Assembly (NCBI RefSeq): GCF_018350175.1
Contig: NC_058368.1
Coordinates: 77,502,001-77,566,000, forward strand
DNA: 64,000 nucleotides
Source of the DNA: Felis catus
Taxonomy: Eukaryota
Direction of reading: 5' to 3'
Position 1 is the stretch's first letter. Every line of letters begins with the position of its first letter. A program made the position numbers and the translations under genes. The notes under the pieces were generated by a model. The model searched no databases. It saw nothing but the letters and a program-made list of their open reading frames with translations, and had not been told where the DNA came from. This document shows, in pieces, positions 25,351 to 38,825 of this stretch.

Positions 25351-25691
25351 AAGAACAGACATTATTAAAAATTAAATTACGTGTACTTATAGTTAAATAA
25401 ATCAGGTTAGAAGTAAAGGTAACATATCTTCAAAATGTATACTTCTTAACTGTTGTAATATCTTTTGCTATTATCTGTGCTTGAGGTTGTTTACGTCAAG
25501 TCTGTTTGGGTGGGGGACACACTGCCTAGTGGGTTGCTATGTACGTCTTTTCAACTCTGCATTGAGCGATGTCACATTGTAGCTTGAGATCAGCCATGAT
25601 GGGAGGGTTTACAGCACAGAAGTAGGTAAACAATATAAATCCAACTTGGTTTATTGTTGTACCACTTGTCCAGTCTTAAGAAGGTGATGAA

Positions 25692-25920
25692 GGGGGCGCC
25701 TGGGTGGCGCAGTGGGTTAAGCGTCCGACTTCGGCCAGGTCACGATCTCGCGGTCCGGGAGTTCGAGCCCCGCGTCGGGCTCTGGGCTGATGGCTCAGAG
25801 CCTGGAGCCTGTTTCCGATTCTGTGTCTCCCTCTCTCTCTGCCCCTCCCCTGTTCATGCTCTGTCTCTCTCTGTCCCAAAAATAAATAAAAACGTTGAAA
25901 AAAAAATTAAAAAAAAAAAA
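25692..25920 (+). mobile_element. Young SINEC_Fc-type SINE
   Basis: TSD aagaaggtgatgaag; long A tail. Confidence 0.95.
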
Positions 25921-27391
25921 GAAGGTGATGAAGAATATGTTTCAGTCAAAGTAAACCTAAACGTGCTTCGTGTATGTAACTGTCCACATGGCAAGCAGCA
26001 CCAAAATTGAGGAAATATTCTTCCGGTGTTCAGAAGAATCCGGATCCAGGGAGGAAGTTGCTCTCATCTTGACAGTGACAAATGAGTGGAGTTTTAATAC
26101 ATGTCTTACGATATCACCTTCTACTTAGTGTTAATGTAACTGAAAACATCAGCTAACATTCAATTTGGGATTGCATACCTTTGTCTGTTGCAACCATAGT
26201 TGGGCTACGTATACAAGAATTTGCAAAAATAAGCAAAAACGTTCTGTGAGAATCAACTGGCTAAATGGAATTTATAACAAAGAACATTGCATATTTCTGT
26301 TTTTGTAAACTGTGGGCTACACATCCTTTAAATCAGCAAAACGCGTAATAAACTTAGACGCGTACACTCATGCATATCCCTTGACTCCGTTGTTGACCAT
26401 TTTCGGGTCCACCCCAGGCTACGGCAGTAAGTAAGGCAGCCAGATCTTGCCTCTCATGGAGCAAAGGATCGTTTCACTCATGACAGTAAATTTAGAATAC
26501 TTGATGTATGCTTAATGTTTGGAGAAAATATCAGTGTGTGAAAGAGCTATCATGAACCCTCCGGAGACTTCAAAATCATCCTTCCCACATTTTTTTCTTG
26601 ATTTAGATTTAATCACATATGCACTAGTAAAAACCACTGCCATAGTTATAAAGAGCCTCAGAGCATTACTGAGATGGGTTTTCCTCTTTGATCTTGAGAA
26701 ATTGCACCAGGGAACTCTCTCCTCTGTGAAGAGGCCAGTGGCCTATTTCCCACCACTTGGTGCCCTGAGGTAGGCAACGGGTAGCCATCTCTACTGATGA
26801 CCCTTTGCTGAGTCCCATGACTGTGCAGAAAGGCTGCTGTTGGGTTGCTGCAGAGAGGGCAAGGGTGGGTGAGGGGTAATGAAACATTGGAAGAGCTACA
26901 GATCCCTCTCTATCGACTCTGAAAATCTTTCTTCTGTCAGGACTGGGGTAAGGGAAAATTTCAGTTCTAAGTAACTCAGGCTTTGCTGGATGCATTTAGC
27001 AAGCCACAGAGTTCCTTTTGCAAAGGGAAATAGGATTTAGTAGCAACCAATAGTAAAGGGCCCAGCTTATATATATTATATATACATACACATACACAGC
27101 AATACTTGAATGAGTCTAATCTAGTGCATATTGAATGGGAATAGTTTTTGAGTAAGATGATTTGCGTCCTGTAGGAATATACTTTTGTGAAACAACCTGC
27201 CATGTCATTCTTGGCAATAGCAAATGATGACAAAGATTCCTGGTTCTGAACTTAGGCAAAATTTCTAGAAATTAAATGATGATTTAATAGTTTCTAATTC
27301 GTTGAAATAGAGCGTCATTTTTTATTTTAGATTTTTTTTTTGTTTCAATTTCAGATTACTAAATCAGTATTTCAGGCAAGGTGGACATTGT

Positions 27392-27552
27392 TTCTGGGGG
27401 CTCAGTTGGTTAAGCATCTGACTCTTGACTTCAGCTCAGGTCATGGTCTCATCGTTTGTGGGATAGAGTCCTGCATCAGGCTCTGCGCTGACAGTGCGGA
27501 GCCTGCTTGGGATTCTCTCTCTCCCTCTCTCTCTGCTCCTTCCCTGTTCACA

Positions 27553-27585
<33 letters not shown>

Positions 27586-27608
27586 AAAATAAATAAACTT
27601 CAAAAAAT
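27392..27608 (+). mobile_element. CAN-SINE
   Basis: Typical body, (CT)n, aaataaataaac. Confidence 0.93.
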
Positions 27609-28099
27609 ATGGGCACAGTTTCTGTTTGTTTTAGTTTTACAATGCAGAATCCCACAACCATTGCATCTCCAAACATCTGAAATTCAAGGTCAAAGAAAAT
27701 GTTTCGTGTTGCCTTGGGTCATTCCCCCAGCGAAAGAGAGAGCTAATAGCTTCTGAGTCAAAGATTAGCTGGAAAGATTGGTCAAATCTACCATAGTGAA
27801 ATTTCATTAGGATCCATACAAAGTCCTTTGGTAAGTCCAAAACGCAACTGTGTAAATACCTGAGGTGCAATTTATCCACAGCTAATCATGTAAACTTGAT
27901 GTGATCCATTAGGATGATACGGATACCAGCATGCCAGTCTGATCCTGGGAGTTCTTGGGGAAGGGGACATTACCAGGGTGAGACAATAGTATAGATCTAT
28001 CTGCACTGGTGATACCACACAGAGCATTGCATTAAGTTCTTACCCGATATTGATGAAGCGAAAAGCTTCCAAAAGCAAGGGGACAAGAATGATGAATGA

Positions 28100-28330
28100 T
28101 CCACAAAAGGAAATATATTTGTGAAGAGCTTATAGAATCAAGGATGTTTAGACGGCTCAGACAGCGAAAGAACGCTAAGCTGCTTTTCAATATTGAAGGA
28201 TGTTCATGGCGAAACAGGATGTGTAGCCCCATAATACTAAATTAAAATTCCCAGATGCTACTTTTATAGAGTTAACTTTCAGTTTAAAGGTGACAGAAGA
28301 GCTCACAGGAAAGCTCTCTGAGGCAGAAAA
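28100..28330 (+). mobile_element. Ancient CR1/L3 LINE 3' fragment
   Basis: aggatgtttag...gctgcttttcaatattgaaggatgttcatggcgaa...tgtgtagcccc resembles recalled L3 text. Confidence 0.5.
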
Positions 28331-29956
28331 GGCTCTGAGCTCAGTATCTGCGAAGAGATTTAGGCAGAAACTAGGTGATCGTATTATAGAGGAACTTAGA
28401 GCCCCAAGACTTGGGATAGAAATCATTTAGTCCCTTTCCAAATACCACGGCGGTAATTCTGTAAAGCCCCACTCACATGTCAAGACCTAGCGATCATCAC
28501 AGGAGGAGAATTGGGTTCTAACCCATACTATGCAAAAATTTTCCATCAGGAGACCACCAAAGGAAGTTTGCAAAACAAACACACGCATACAGAGACTGGG
28601 GGAGGAAGACAAAGCTGCAATGAAACCTATGTGGTCAGGTATTAAAAGCCAGTGTTGAGAACCAGGGCTAGAAGGTCCAAGGGAATAAGAAGGAATGTAG
28701 AATTAAGGGAAAGCAACAAGATGTCCCCGAGTCTACATGCACAGAGGTCACAGCTGAGAAAATGACAAAATAAAGAGCACAGGGCAGGGGCCCTGGATTA
28801 AGTTGACCTCAGAGACCCAACTACTTTTAGATCTCCGGTTACTTGAGTAAATAAATCTCCTATTATTTAACAAAAAGTAATAAATACATCACAGGACAAA
28901 TACCTTGACTATTTCAGTTTCAAAGAGGAAATGTCAAGGCACGGTGTTACAGGCATAGGGCTTTCCTTTTTTTTTCCTCTTCATTTCAACAAAGTATCCA
29001 GGCATGAAAATCTATCTGGGTCACAAGTTATCTCTGCAAAGTGTTTCTGAGATCATTTGTGGACAGCTAGATCATTAACTTCTGAAACCCAGATTAATGC
29101 TCCCCAGTGTTCAACATTACATTGTACTTGACTCATTTTGCACTTGCTGTGTCAGATCTAACTTTGCATCTTATAAATGAATTTTAAAATAAAACAAAAA
29201 ATACTATTTATGTCAATGCACGAATAATGGGACCTCACACCAAATCACATTTATTAATTTATTTCCTTATTTACTTCCACACTCAGCAGTCACATTAAGG
29301 AATAAATAAAACTGAACAAGCTTCTACTTATTATTATAACAAATAAAACAAGTTATCACAAGACACATCTAAACCCTGTGTATTTTTTCTTCAGACAATG
29401 TTTATACCACACATCAGATCAAACATCAGTCCCTTCCCTGGGATCTGTTTCCCCCGAAGAATGCACTGACTTCTAAAAGTTATTTGATACAGGCACAGAG
29501 ACCAGGAGTTTGCTCTAGCAAACCAGAGATTTTGCATTACGGTAAAATTTTATTTTATGATAGGAATAAGTACGGTTTATTAAACTACATCACTGAGGCT
29601 ACCTGCCTGGGCAGACACTTCCAACTCCCAAACTTCCAATATTATCAAGGCATAAACTATACGAGTTGCATAGCCCTTGGCTCACTCTCTCAATCTTGGG
29701 CAAGATCATGTCATTGTATGTAGGTGACTTCAATATGTCATGAAAACCAAAGTGACAAGTCACTTTACATTATCTGCCGAAAGGCACTGTCTGCACGTGG
29801 TCCCCAGCGTTAAGAGTATTCGGGCAAAATAAAGAACATCGCAGAGTCAATGCTCACATGGGGATGATTGCCCAACGCTCTTCTGCCAAATGTTTAAGGG
29901 CAAGAGCAATGACCTTATGTGGGTGGCAAAGGTTTAAAAAAAAGGCTCAGGAAGAC

Positions 29957-30048
29957 TAGGGTGACCAACCCTCCTGGTTTGTTGGGGACTTTAGGAAAGT
30001 CCCACATCCTAGAAGTCATTCTTGGCAGACCAGGATGGCTGGTCACCT
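29957..30048. mobile_element. MER81/MER94-like hAT-Blackjack MITE
   Basis: Terminal inverted repeats tagggtgaccaacc...ggctggtcacct with internal gggac/gtccc. Confidence 0.75.
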
Positions 30049-30134
30049 GGAGGGTTCTTCTGAATCTAGCAGCTAAACTATATTCTATGCATAAATGTAT
30101 AGGCTCCCAACGTCCCACAAAATGACAATAACAG

Positions 30135-30465
30135 CATACATGCACGCATACATACATATATTATATATATATGCATGTATGTGTATATATGCTTATACAC
30201 ACATATAAACATATATGCATTGGGAAAGCATATGGTTCTTTGACTAAATTGAAATAAGTATCCCAATTCTGTTTATAAACTAGTTAGCTAATTTAGGTAT
30301 GACTAAGTGTTGATCTTGCACACACACACACACACACACACATAAATATGTATATATATATTACACATACACATGTGTATACATGTATATATACATAAAT
30401 ATATACATGTATATGCATGTTTATATATACACTTCTATACACACACACACACACACACACACACC
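30135..30465. repeat. Degenerate (TA)/(CA) microsatellite interrupted by a 97-bp unique insert
   Basis: Direct; the insert at 30226-30322 copies 31411-31512. Confidence 0.9.
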
Positions 30466-30873
30466 TATGTCAGTGGACTTCTAGCAAACATTCTGTGAAT
30501 CTTTGCTTGGTTATTACGAAAACCATATTGGGCTACTTAAGTTCCTGAACATGCAGACCACCACATATTTTTATGGCTGCTATACTTCATTTATTTGTTA
30601 ATAGTCCATAGATGCCATCCTATTATATCACTCTACTATAAAAATTATTCTAGGTCTTTCCATAGATTGGAACCATGTGGACAGGGCTCAAAGTCTCCCT
30701 TCATGCCTCACTGGTACTCATGGCCACCGACAGCAGTAGCTGATGTAAATCCTTTGGCTGACCTAGAAACGTGGTTGACCATTCCTCATGCAATTCTGGC
30801 CAGATTTAATTTGACAGTGAAAAGTGCACTTGGAAGATTCAGATACAAAATAAGTTTAAGAGAAAATAGGTGT

Positions 30874-31114
30874 TTGTTTTTATTTTTATTTATTTTGAGA
30901 GAGACAGAGAGACCGAGAGAGAGAGGGAGAGGGGGCACACATGAGCACAGGAGAGGGGCAGAGAGAGAGAGAGAGAGGGAGAGAGAGAATCCCAAACAGG
31001 CTCCATGCTGTCAGCACAGAGCCCAATGTGGGGCTGGATCCCACAGCCTTGAGATCATGACCTAACCTGAAATCAAGAGTTGGACGCCCAATCAACCGAG
31101 CCACCCAGGCGCCC
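30874..31114 (-). mobile_element. CAN-SINE
   Basis: Typical structure. Confidence 0.95.
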
Positions 31115-31862
31115 TGAGAAAATGTGTTTGATTTTATTTTTTTTCCATTCATAATACTGAAATGTGAGAAACATGCCATTGTTTTTAATGTTATAATCCT
31201 TATTTTCTGTAATGACTTCATAGACTTTTTCAGTTGTGGTGAATTAATATTGATTTTTTCATCAACTCTGTTGCCAATTCCTTAATAATTCTTGGGGTCA
31301 TTTAAGTAATTTAAAAGTTGGTCTGTAATCATTAATTTATACAATTTGTTTCTCATCACATTTTAAAGATTGAATTCCTTTAACTGGTTTCCAGTAGAAA
31401 CGCACTGAGGAAGCATATGGTTCTTTGACTAAATTGAAATAATTATCCCAATTCTGTTTATAAACTAGTTAAGTCAGCCAATTTAGACACGACTAAGGGT
31501 CGATGTCACACAGTGGCGGCAACTTACTGGGTCAAGCGATGGGGAAATATTTGTTGTTCTGTTTTGCTTTAGATCACCAATACTGCTCTTGCAAACTTTA
31601 CACATTCTGTCGTCCACCGGACTAAGGTAGCTTTCTTTTGTTTGCTAATTGTACAAATAGTCCATGATGCCACCTGCATTTAAAAGTATTTTTTTTATAA
31701 ATATGGCTTTAGTGTGATTTAAGTAAAGGGAAACATGTCCTATGCAACCCCCCTCCACCCTGACCCAACGTCAAGTCCCATCTCCTGCCCTAAAAGGAAC
31801 AGCGGTAACTAGTTTGATGTTATTCCGGCTGTTTTTCCATGCATTTACATTTACATGCATCT

Positions 31863-31992
31863 TTTTTTTTAAATATATGAAATTTATTGTCAAATTGGTT
31901 TCCATACAACACCCAGTGCTCATCCCAAAAGATACCCTCTTCAATACCCATCACCCACCCTCCCCTCCCTCCCACCCCCCATCAGCCCTCAA
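31863..31992 (-). mobile_element. 5'-truncated young felid L1 (3' UTR end, about 130 bp)
   Basis: Minus strand reads gggatgagcactgggtgttgtatggaaaccaatttgacaataaatttcatata(A)n; perfect 17-bp TSD tacatttacatgcatct at 31846 and 31993. Confidence 0.9.
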
Positions 31993-32009
31993 TACATTTA
32001 CATGCATCT

Positions 32010-32610
32010 GTGTGGCTACTGTCGTGCTTTTGCAATAGTCATTTTTAATCCATAACTAGAATCACGTTGTGTGTTACTTATTTTACTTTTCAATTTGATC
32101 TTTTCATTAACGCTGACTTAGAGACTGATGCAGTCACACAATGCTCATCTTAAGGGCTATGGATGTATGCTTTGCAATCTAATCTATGCCATTTCCTGAT
32201 CACTGGGCATTTGGGTACTTTCTAATCTCTGCCTCCTTCAAACACCATTGGCAGTGCACAGGCTTGCATGGAAGTCTATGTGCTTTGAGAAGATTCTCTG
32301 TAGGAGAAATTCCTGAAAGATTACCTATCAGGTCATAAGGCACTTTATCTTTGGGAAATACTGCAAACACAACTTTACAAAAGTTGGAGATCACCCACCC
32401 TTTTTATTTATTTTTTTTAATTTTGCCAACTGCTTGATTTAAAAAGTAATTTAATTTTGGTTATAGCACCCATTTCTTTGATTATGATGAGATTAAATAT
32501 CTCCTATTTTTGACTGATTATTTTCCTTTCATGAACTACCCATACTTTTTCCAATTTTCTATTGAGTTGCTTGTCTTTCCCTCATTGATTTGTTCAATTT
32601 CTGTATTATT
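32010..32610 (-). mobile_element. Old L1M (L1ME-like) fragment
   Basis: gggcatttgggtactttcta and ttttctattgagttgcttgtctttccctcattgatttgt. Confidence 0.55.
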
Positions 32611-32730
32611 CTCCATCTAGCCACATGACTGAGTTTGGTTATTACTAATATTAACATACCCCTTGATAGTCTTTAGTTCACTAAAATATTTTTAGAACAT
32701 TAATTCAACTGTTAAATGTCAAAATTCACT

Positions 32731-32940
32731 TTATTTTTTAAGTTTATTTATTTACTTTGAGAGAGAGAAAGAGAGAGTGGGAAGGGCAGAGAGACAGGAA
32801 GAGAGAGAGAGAATCTTAAGTGGGCTCCATACTGTCAGTGCGGAGCCCGATATGGGGCTCGAACTCACAAACTGTGAGATCATGAGCTGAGCCGAAATCA
32901 AGAGTGGGATGTTTAATTGATCCAGTCACCCGAGGGAGCC
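32731..32940 (-). mobile_element. CAN-SINE
   Basis: TSD tcaaaattcacttta. Confidence 0.95.
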
Positions 32941-34639
32941 TCAAAATTCACTTTAAACGTTAATTTTAAGGCATGCCATAGACCTGACATATTTGGAAAC
33001 GTATTTAGAAAAATTATAACAATTCCTTTGGTCTATGAATATGAAGTTATTTTTCCCATGTAGTTAATTTGTTGGAAATCTCATCATATTTTTTTCCAGA
33101 AGGAAATGGTATAAATATAAACTAAATATTTTAAGCATTTCCAAAGTATTGCTGAAGAAAGAAATCAGCAATGTTGCTTCACTGTAGGGAATCACAAAAA
33201 TATAAGACGGATAATATTTGAGTTTTCTTTAAAGTGTTGAGAGATCACGATTCCAGATTCTCTCTGATTTATCCTCTCCCTCTTCCTGGAAGTACTATCA
33301 AGTGTGATCATCTCTATTCCTAAAAGGAGCAAGTGGGACAAAGAAAGGTTAAATGTTCTCACAAAGCAATCCAGCAAAAGGGAAAGAAAGTTTCAGTGTA
33401 AGCAAAGTAGCAGACACATTGTATAAGCAAGTTGGAGATATGCTATAAATCCCCTCTCTTCCCCTGTGAAGTACTCTTTTCTAGCAGCTCAGCAGATTTT
33501 AACAACCTGGTTACTCCTGTGTGACTTTGGCATGGATACAAAATACTCACGCGTCTTTTATTTAAAATATAAAAACTTTCCCTATTACTTTATCCTTCTG
33601 AAATTAAAGAAGTCACATTTTTATCGTATGAAAGGATGCCAGGTTGCTCAGTGGAAGTTAACATGGTGCTTTGCCCACACCGGTCCTGGCAAATAGACGC
33701 CTACCTATATGGCTGATGAACAAGATTTCACACTGCTGTACAAACACCTGCTTTCTCTGTTGGCATTGATGCCTTCTTACGCAGCCTTCTCCTATTGCTC
33801 TAAGTTTTCCGCCCTCTTGTGCTTGGCCATCACCTGTGGAAGAGTTTCACACCTACGACTTTGTAGAGCATCTATTTTTAAACTATGAGCCCAGAAGTAT
33901 AGTGACCTGGGAAAAGCACATCACCGAGGCTGACCAAAGTCACAGCACACTACAATGCAATTTCTAACTGTCCAAAGGAAAAACGAAAAGATAGACCATG
34001 AGCCATGATTATGCACAAAATCGGATCTATGAATTCTTCACACCGTTCCCTTCTGTTGCTCAACGGTAGAGGACAGTGTTTTTCTCCAGGCTAGATTCTA
34101 GCACCACAGTGAAAGCCTGAAGATGGCGTCCCAGAGAGAGGCATGACCGTGGCATCAAGCTCCCCTGCTTCCGACATGGCGTGTGCCATACAGCCCAGCT
34201 GGTACTGGCCTGAGAGCCCAGCCCGTTCAACTTCCCACGCAAAGCATCTACCAAACGAGCACTGGTTCAAGCCCATTCTGCCTTAGTTTACACAAGGGCT
34301 AAGTCAGCTCCAAAATCAAGCATTTCACTGTGTGTGTGTGTGGGGGGGGGGGGCTACTCCCAGAATCCAGGCTTTCCCCAAATCATTCATCTCCTACCAA
34401 GGCTCTCTCCGCCATACTTGGTTTGTTTCATTTTCCCTTAGAATCCACCCATCAATCAACAAATGCTATGGATCACCTGCTTAGTGCCATGCCACGTGGA
34501 AGAAGCTGGAAATACAGGGTCAACACAGAGCTTACAGTCTAGCTGGGACAGCAGATAAATAAAAATTGACAGTGAAGATACAGCCACGCAAAGTGATGAC
34601 AGGGTACAAATGGACAAAGGAAGGAATAGAAAGGGACCT

Positions 34640-34750
34640 GCGGGATCACTAAATTCTACCCCTGAAATCATTATTACAGTGTATGTTAACTAACTTGGAT
34701 TTAAATACAACAACAACAAAATAAAAGATGAATGTGGTTAAAAAAAATAA
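34640..34750 (+). mobile_element. Carnivore L1 3' end fragment
   Basis: atcactaaattctacccctgaaatcattattacagtgtatgttaactaacttggatttaaata followed by an A-rich tail. Confidence 0.75.
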
Positions 34751-34849
34751 GGTGTTTGAACTATTTTACACCTGCTTAGAAAAAAAGAAACACAGTGCTA
34801 AGAAAATAAAAATAGTACCACTAAGAATAATAAAAAGAAACGGGCCCAC

Positions 34850-35155
34850 ATGAGTGGTTTGCCATGAGTCAAAGTTGGGGGAGCTGGCTATAAAAAGGCC
34901 TCATGAGTGGTTCTTACGGGGATGGGACTGTGTTTTGTCTGTGGTGTATATACAACCTCACACATGCGATTTAACTGTCTACAAATAAACACACGTGCAC
35001 ACGCACAAATAAGTACAAACAAGCCTGGAGAATCATCACAAGATTGATGGCTACCATTATGATCAGTATTCTCGTTGTGATATTTTAACTTTGTAAGATG
35101 ATACTACTGGGGGAAACCGAATAAGGGGTCCAAGGGATCTCTTTGTATTATTTTA
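34850..35155 (+). mobile_element. Old L1MC-like 3' fragment
   Basis: gtggtttgccatgag...ttgtaagatgatactactgggggaaacc...agggatctctttgtatta. Confidence 0.6.
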
Positions 35156-35769
35156 ACACATAAACAGTTACATATTACTTTCCCATGGGAACAAACCGGC
35201 ATGCGGTGTTTAGCAATGGGACACTGTTCTTGAGAAGGACGTGGAACATTCCGAGAGACAAAAGATAGTAGCAACCGTCTCTGCCAGGAAGTCTTCTATC
35301 CAGGAACCAGAAAATAGTGATAGATTTTTACGACACAATACACAACACAGAGTGATTCTGAAACGTGATCATGCCTTCAGGTGGCAGTGTGCCTGGGAGG
35401 GCTCGCTCTGCAAAAAACACAACAGTGGATTTACAACCACCCACACATATCGCCACCCTGGGGAACAAGCGAGCCACTATGAGAGTTGTGCTTCAGTCTG
35501 GATGCGACTTTTCACAAAGGTTCTTCACTTCTTCTTTCGCTAATTGGTAGGGAACAGAATGGAACTTTCTACCTTATCAGGCTTTAAAAGTTATAGTCCT
35601 CTTTTAATTCTTCTACACAAAGTACATGCAAAGTTTTCACCGGAGTTTCAACGTATTACACCAAGTATCAGACCAAAGAGTAGAAAGTGCCGGCTTATCC
35701 GGCTGGAGCTTAGTTTTCTCAAAAACAGGAAATATATCCTGCTTGTACATTAATTTAGAATTAAATTTA

Positions 35770-35984
35770 GGGGTGCCCGGGTGGCTAAGTCAGTGGAACA
35801 TCCGAAGTCATGATCTTGTGGTTTGTGAGTTCGAGCCCCGCGTCGGGCTCTGGGTTGACAGCTCAGAGCCTGGAGCCTGCTTCGGATTCTGTGTCTCCTT
35901 CTCTTTCTGCCCCTCCCTCGCTCACGCTCTGTCTCTCTCTCCTTCAAAAATAAACAAACATTAAAAAAATCAAAAAAAGAAAAA
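35770..35984 (+). mobile_element. CAN-SINE with a small internal deletion
   Basis: Typical head and tail. Confidence 0.93.
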
Positions 35985-36079
35985 GACGTTAAAAGAAACA
36001 ATCATTACTCTCATATACAGATGTGCACGATATCATCAAATTTTCACAGGGTACATTCTAAACCTAAGAGGTCACATTC

Positions 36080-36440
36080 CCGGCTCTTCCCCTGCAGCTA
36101 GCCCTACCCCCGGATCTAAGATTCTCCCAGGGAGAAACAGGCAGGAAATTGACACGTCCTTCCAGGAAAGCATGCCTTCTTTGCCTTCACCTCCTTTCAG
36201 CTGCTTTGTGGGTGGACGTGACTGTGGAACCACTAGAGAACCCCTGAACATGAACATCCTGGAAACCACACTGGTGCAACCACAGGGTCAGCTGAGGTCT
36301 CTGCCACCTTAAAGCTGCCCTCCAGTCCTAACTGCCCATGCCCACTGTATCCCAGAGAGTAACAAATTCCTAGTTTGCTTAAGACACTAAGATTTAGGTC
36401 TTTGAAACTTGCAGCCCTACTGCATTCTAACTAATAGCAC
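36080..36440 (+). mobile_element. Diverged MLT1-type LTR
   Basis: aacaaattcctagtttgcttaagacact...cttgcagcc...tgcattctaactaata 3' end. Confidence 0.5.
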
Positions 36441-38138
36441 ATCAGGACCAGCTAACATTGATGACTGGAAAGAAAACATTAATTAATGAGTGGAAATAAC
36501 TTTGTAAATAAATATAATATTTTTACTTGCAATAGGTTTCAAGTGTTTTTTTTATTTATGCAGCTCTGGTTATTAGATTTACTGTAAAATTTCCATCGTT
36601 GGCCAATAAATCAGTCCCACCGTACCACTTGAAAATAAAAATCAGATTGAACAGCGTTATCCTTTGTCTCTATGTTTTTATTCAAAAGATAAGGAAAAAG
36701 AAGCCACTGCCACATTTATCTGTGCATGTAGGAAGGGGGTATTTCCTCATTATACAAATACAAAGTTTTTGTTTCCCACGGGAAGAATTAACACAGAATG
36801 TCATTAAGATGGACATTCAATTTGGCTGCACAGGAGAATCACAAATACAAAGGACACCCGACATGTTTACAGTCTTTTGGGTGCAAAGTGACAGGGCCTA
36901 GAAGAAAAAAAATGATATAAAGAAGAAGAATTATGAGAAAGAAGAATGGCAAGCAGGTTTCTTAAGGAAATCATCTCCTTTTAGCTGCGATCCATGTTCT
37001 AGAACAGGGTCAGCCTGTGAGAGACAACCAGGCACTTCCCGAACAGAGGTGCTGAGCCTCCTCGAGGGTCACAGAGGTGGGGTGAAGTGTCCTACAACAC
37101 CCTCAGCTGTTTACAGATTTCTGTGGGAGCACTCCCTTGCATTTTGCTGGGGAGAGGAATCATCATGCTTCCCAATGGGGTCTGAACTACCAGGAAAGTT
37201 AACAACTACCACCCTAGTGAGCTCTCAGAAGGGAAAGCCCTGAATCTCTACAAGTCTAGCACCTGTTTTGATCTTTTCCCCCTAATCTGAACCAATATTT
37301 CACTTTCATACAAAATTCTGTACTGGTGAATTTGTATTTTTTTTTTTTTTTTTTGAGTAAACACCCACAGAGCTCGTATCCACCCTTGCTGCCGCACGTC
37401 ATGAGTATCCACGTGGGGAATGACAGGCTGTATTTCACATACTCGGGTAACAATGGAGCCATTTTCTTTAGTGGAACACCTACAACAATGAGCATATGGC
37501 GAAAGATTTGGTAATGCCAACACAAGGAAACAAGACGATATGGCAAGACAAAACAAACAAAAGGTTAGAGCCACATTATCAGGAGACGTAACGTCTGGTC
37601 CAAATAATTTGCTGTCCAATCTTGGGGCTGTGGAAGTCAAGTGAAGCTTTCAGACCACGGAGGGATATGACCATTGTGCATTTTAGGAAGCGGACTCTGG
37701 CGTTGGAGAGAGGCTCTGGGCACGTGAAAGGATCTTGGCAGGGAGATCGGTTAGAAGGCTATGGGAGGGCATCAGGCAGAATTGATAGGGGTTTACTTTA
37801 TCTGGTTGGCAGGGGAACAGTGAGAAAAGAAAAGAAAGGAAGGATTTTGGAAATGTGGAGAACAGCATGACGGTACTTAGTAACTGGTTAGATATGGAGA
37901 GAGGGAAGAGAGAAGATTCAAACAGGCTGCTTCCCTGGCAAATCTGTGTCACTGATAGATCAGTGTAAAGTACCCTACACACAATGTGAATTATTTCAGC
38001 AAGGGATTATGTGTATAAAATGTGCACATAGTTTCAAAAGTTGTAACTTCTTAAATTCAAAACACTTTTATTTGCTTTGAGATAGTACAACAAACCCTCC
38101 CAACGCATTTTTCTATTCACTTGTGTTGACCACGGTTT

Positions 38139-38360
38139 CTTTTCTTTTTTTTTTTTTAACGTTTATTTATTTTTGAGACAGAGAGAGACAGAGCATGAAC
38201 AGGGGAGGGTCAGAGAGAGAGGGAGACACAGAATCGGAAGCAGGCTCCAGGCTCCGAGCCATCAGCCCAGAGCCTGATGCAGGGCTTGAACTCACGGACC
38301 ACGAGATCGTGACCTGAGTCGAAGTCAGATGCTTAACCGACTGAGCCACCGAGGCGCCCC
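38139..38360 (-). mobile_element. CAN-SINE
   Basis: Perfect TSD gaccacggtttctt. Confidence 0.95.
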
Positions 38361-38388
38361 GACCACGGTTTCTTAAAGAGGTAAATTA

Positions 38389-38600
38389 TGGCTTAGTTGG
38401 TTAAGCATCCTACTCTTGATTTCATCTCCAGTCATGATCTCATGGTTCATGATATCAAGCCCTGCAACAGGCTCTGAGATGACAGCACAGAGCCTGCTTG
38501 GGATTCTCTCCCTCCCTCCCTCTCTGCCCCTCCCCTATTTGCACACGTGCAATCTCTCTCTCTCTCTCTCTCAAATAAAAAAACATTTTTTTTTAAATTA
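38389..38600 (+). mobile_element. CAN-SINE (5' eroded)
   Basis: Body, (CT)n and tail. Confidence 0.9.
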
Positions 38601-38609
38601 AAAATTTAA

Positions 38610-38825
38610 GGGGCACCTGGCCTGGGTGCTCAGTCAGTTAAGTGTCTGACTTCAACTCAGGTCATGATCTCACAGTTCGTGGGTTTGAGCCCTGTGTCTG
38701 GCCCTGTGTTGACAGCTCAGAGCCTGCGGTCTGCTTCAGATTCTGTGTCTCCTTCTCTCTCTGCCCCTCCTCCACTCACACTCTGTCTCACTTTCTCTCT
38801 CTGAAAAATGAATAAACATTAAAAA
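38610..38825 (+). mobile_element. CAN-SINE inserted at the tail of the previous copy
   Basis: Flanked by aattaaaaattt repeats. Confidence 0.93.

Larger units (their letters stand above)
24812..26355 (+). mobile_element. MER63-like hAT-Blackjack DNA transposon relic, interrupted by three SINEs
   Basis: ttcatactggc...attattaaaaattaaatta...ttgaggttgtttacgtc...gtagcttgagatcagccatgatgggag match the recalled MER63 consensus in order. Confidence 0.75.

Noticed and set aside
30595..31065. Longest ORF in the track (156 aa)
   Set aside because: The 3' part is an antisense SINE, it has a non-ATG start, and it shows no family similarity.
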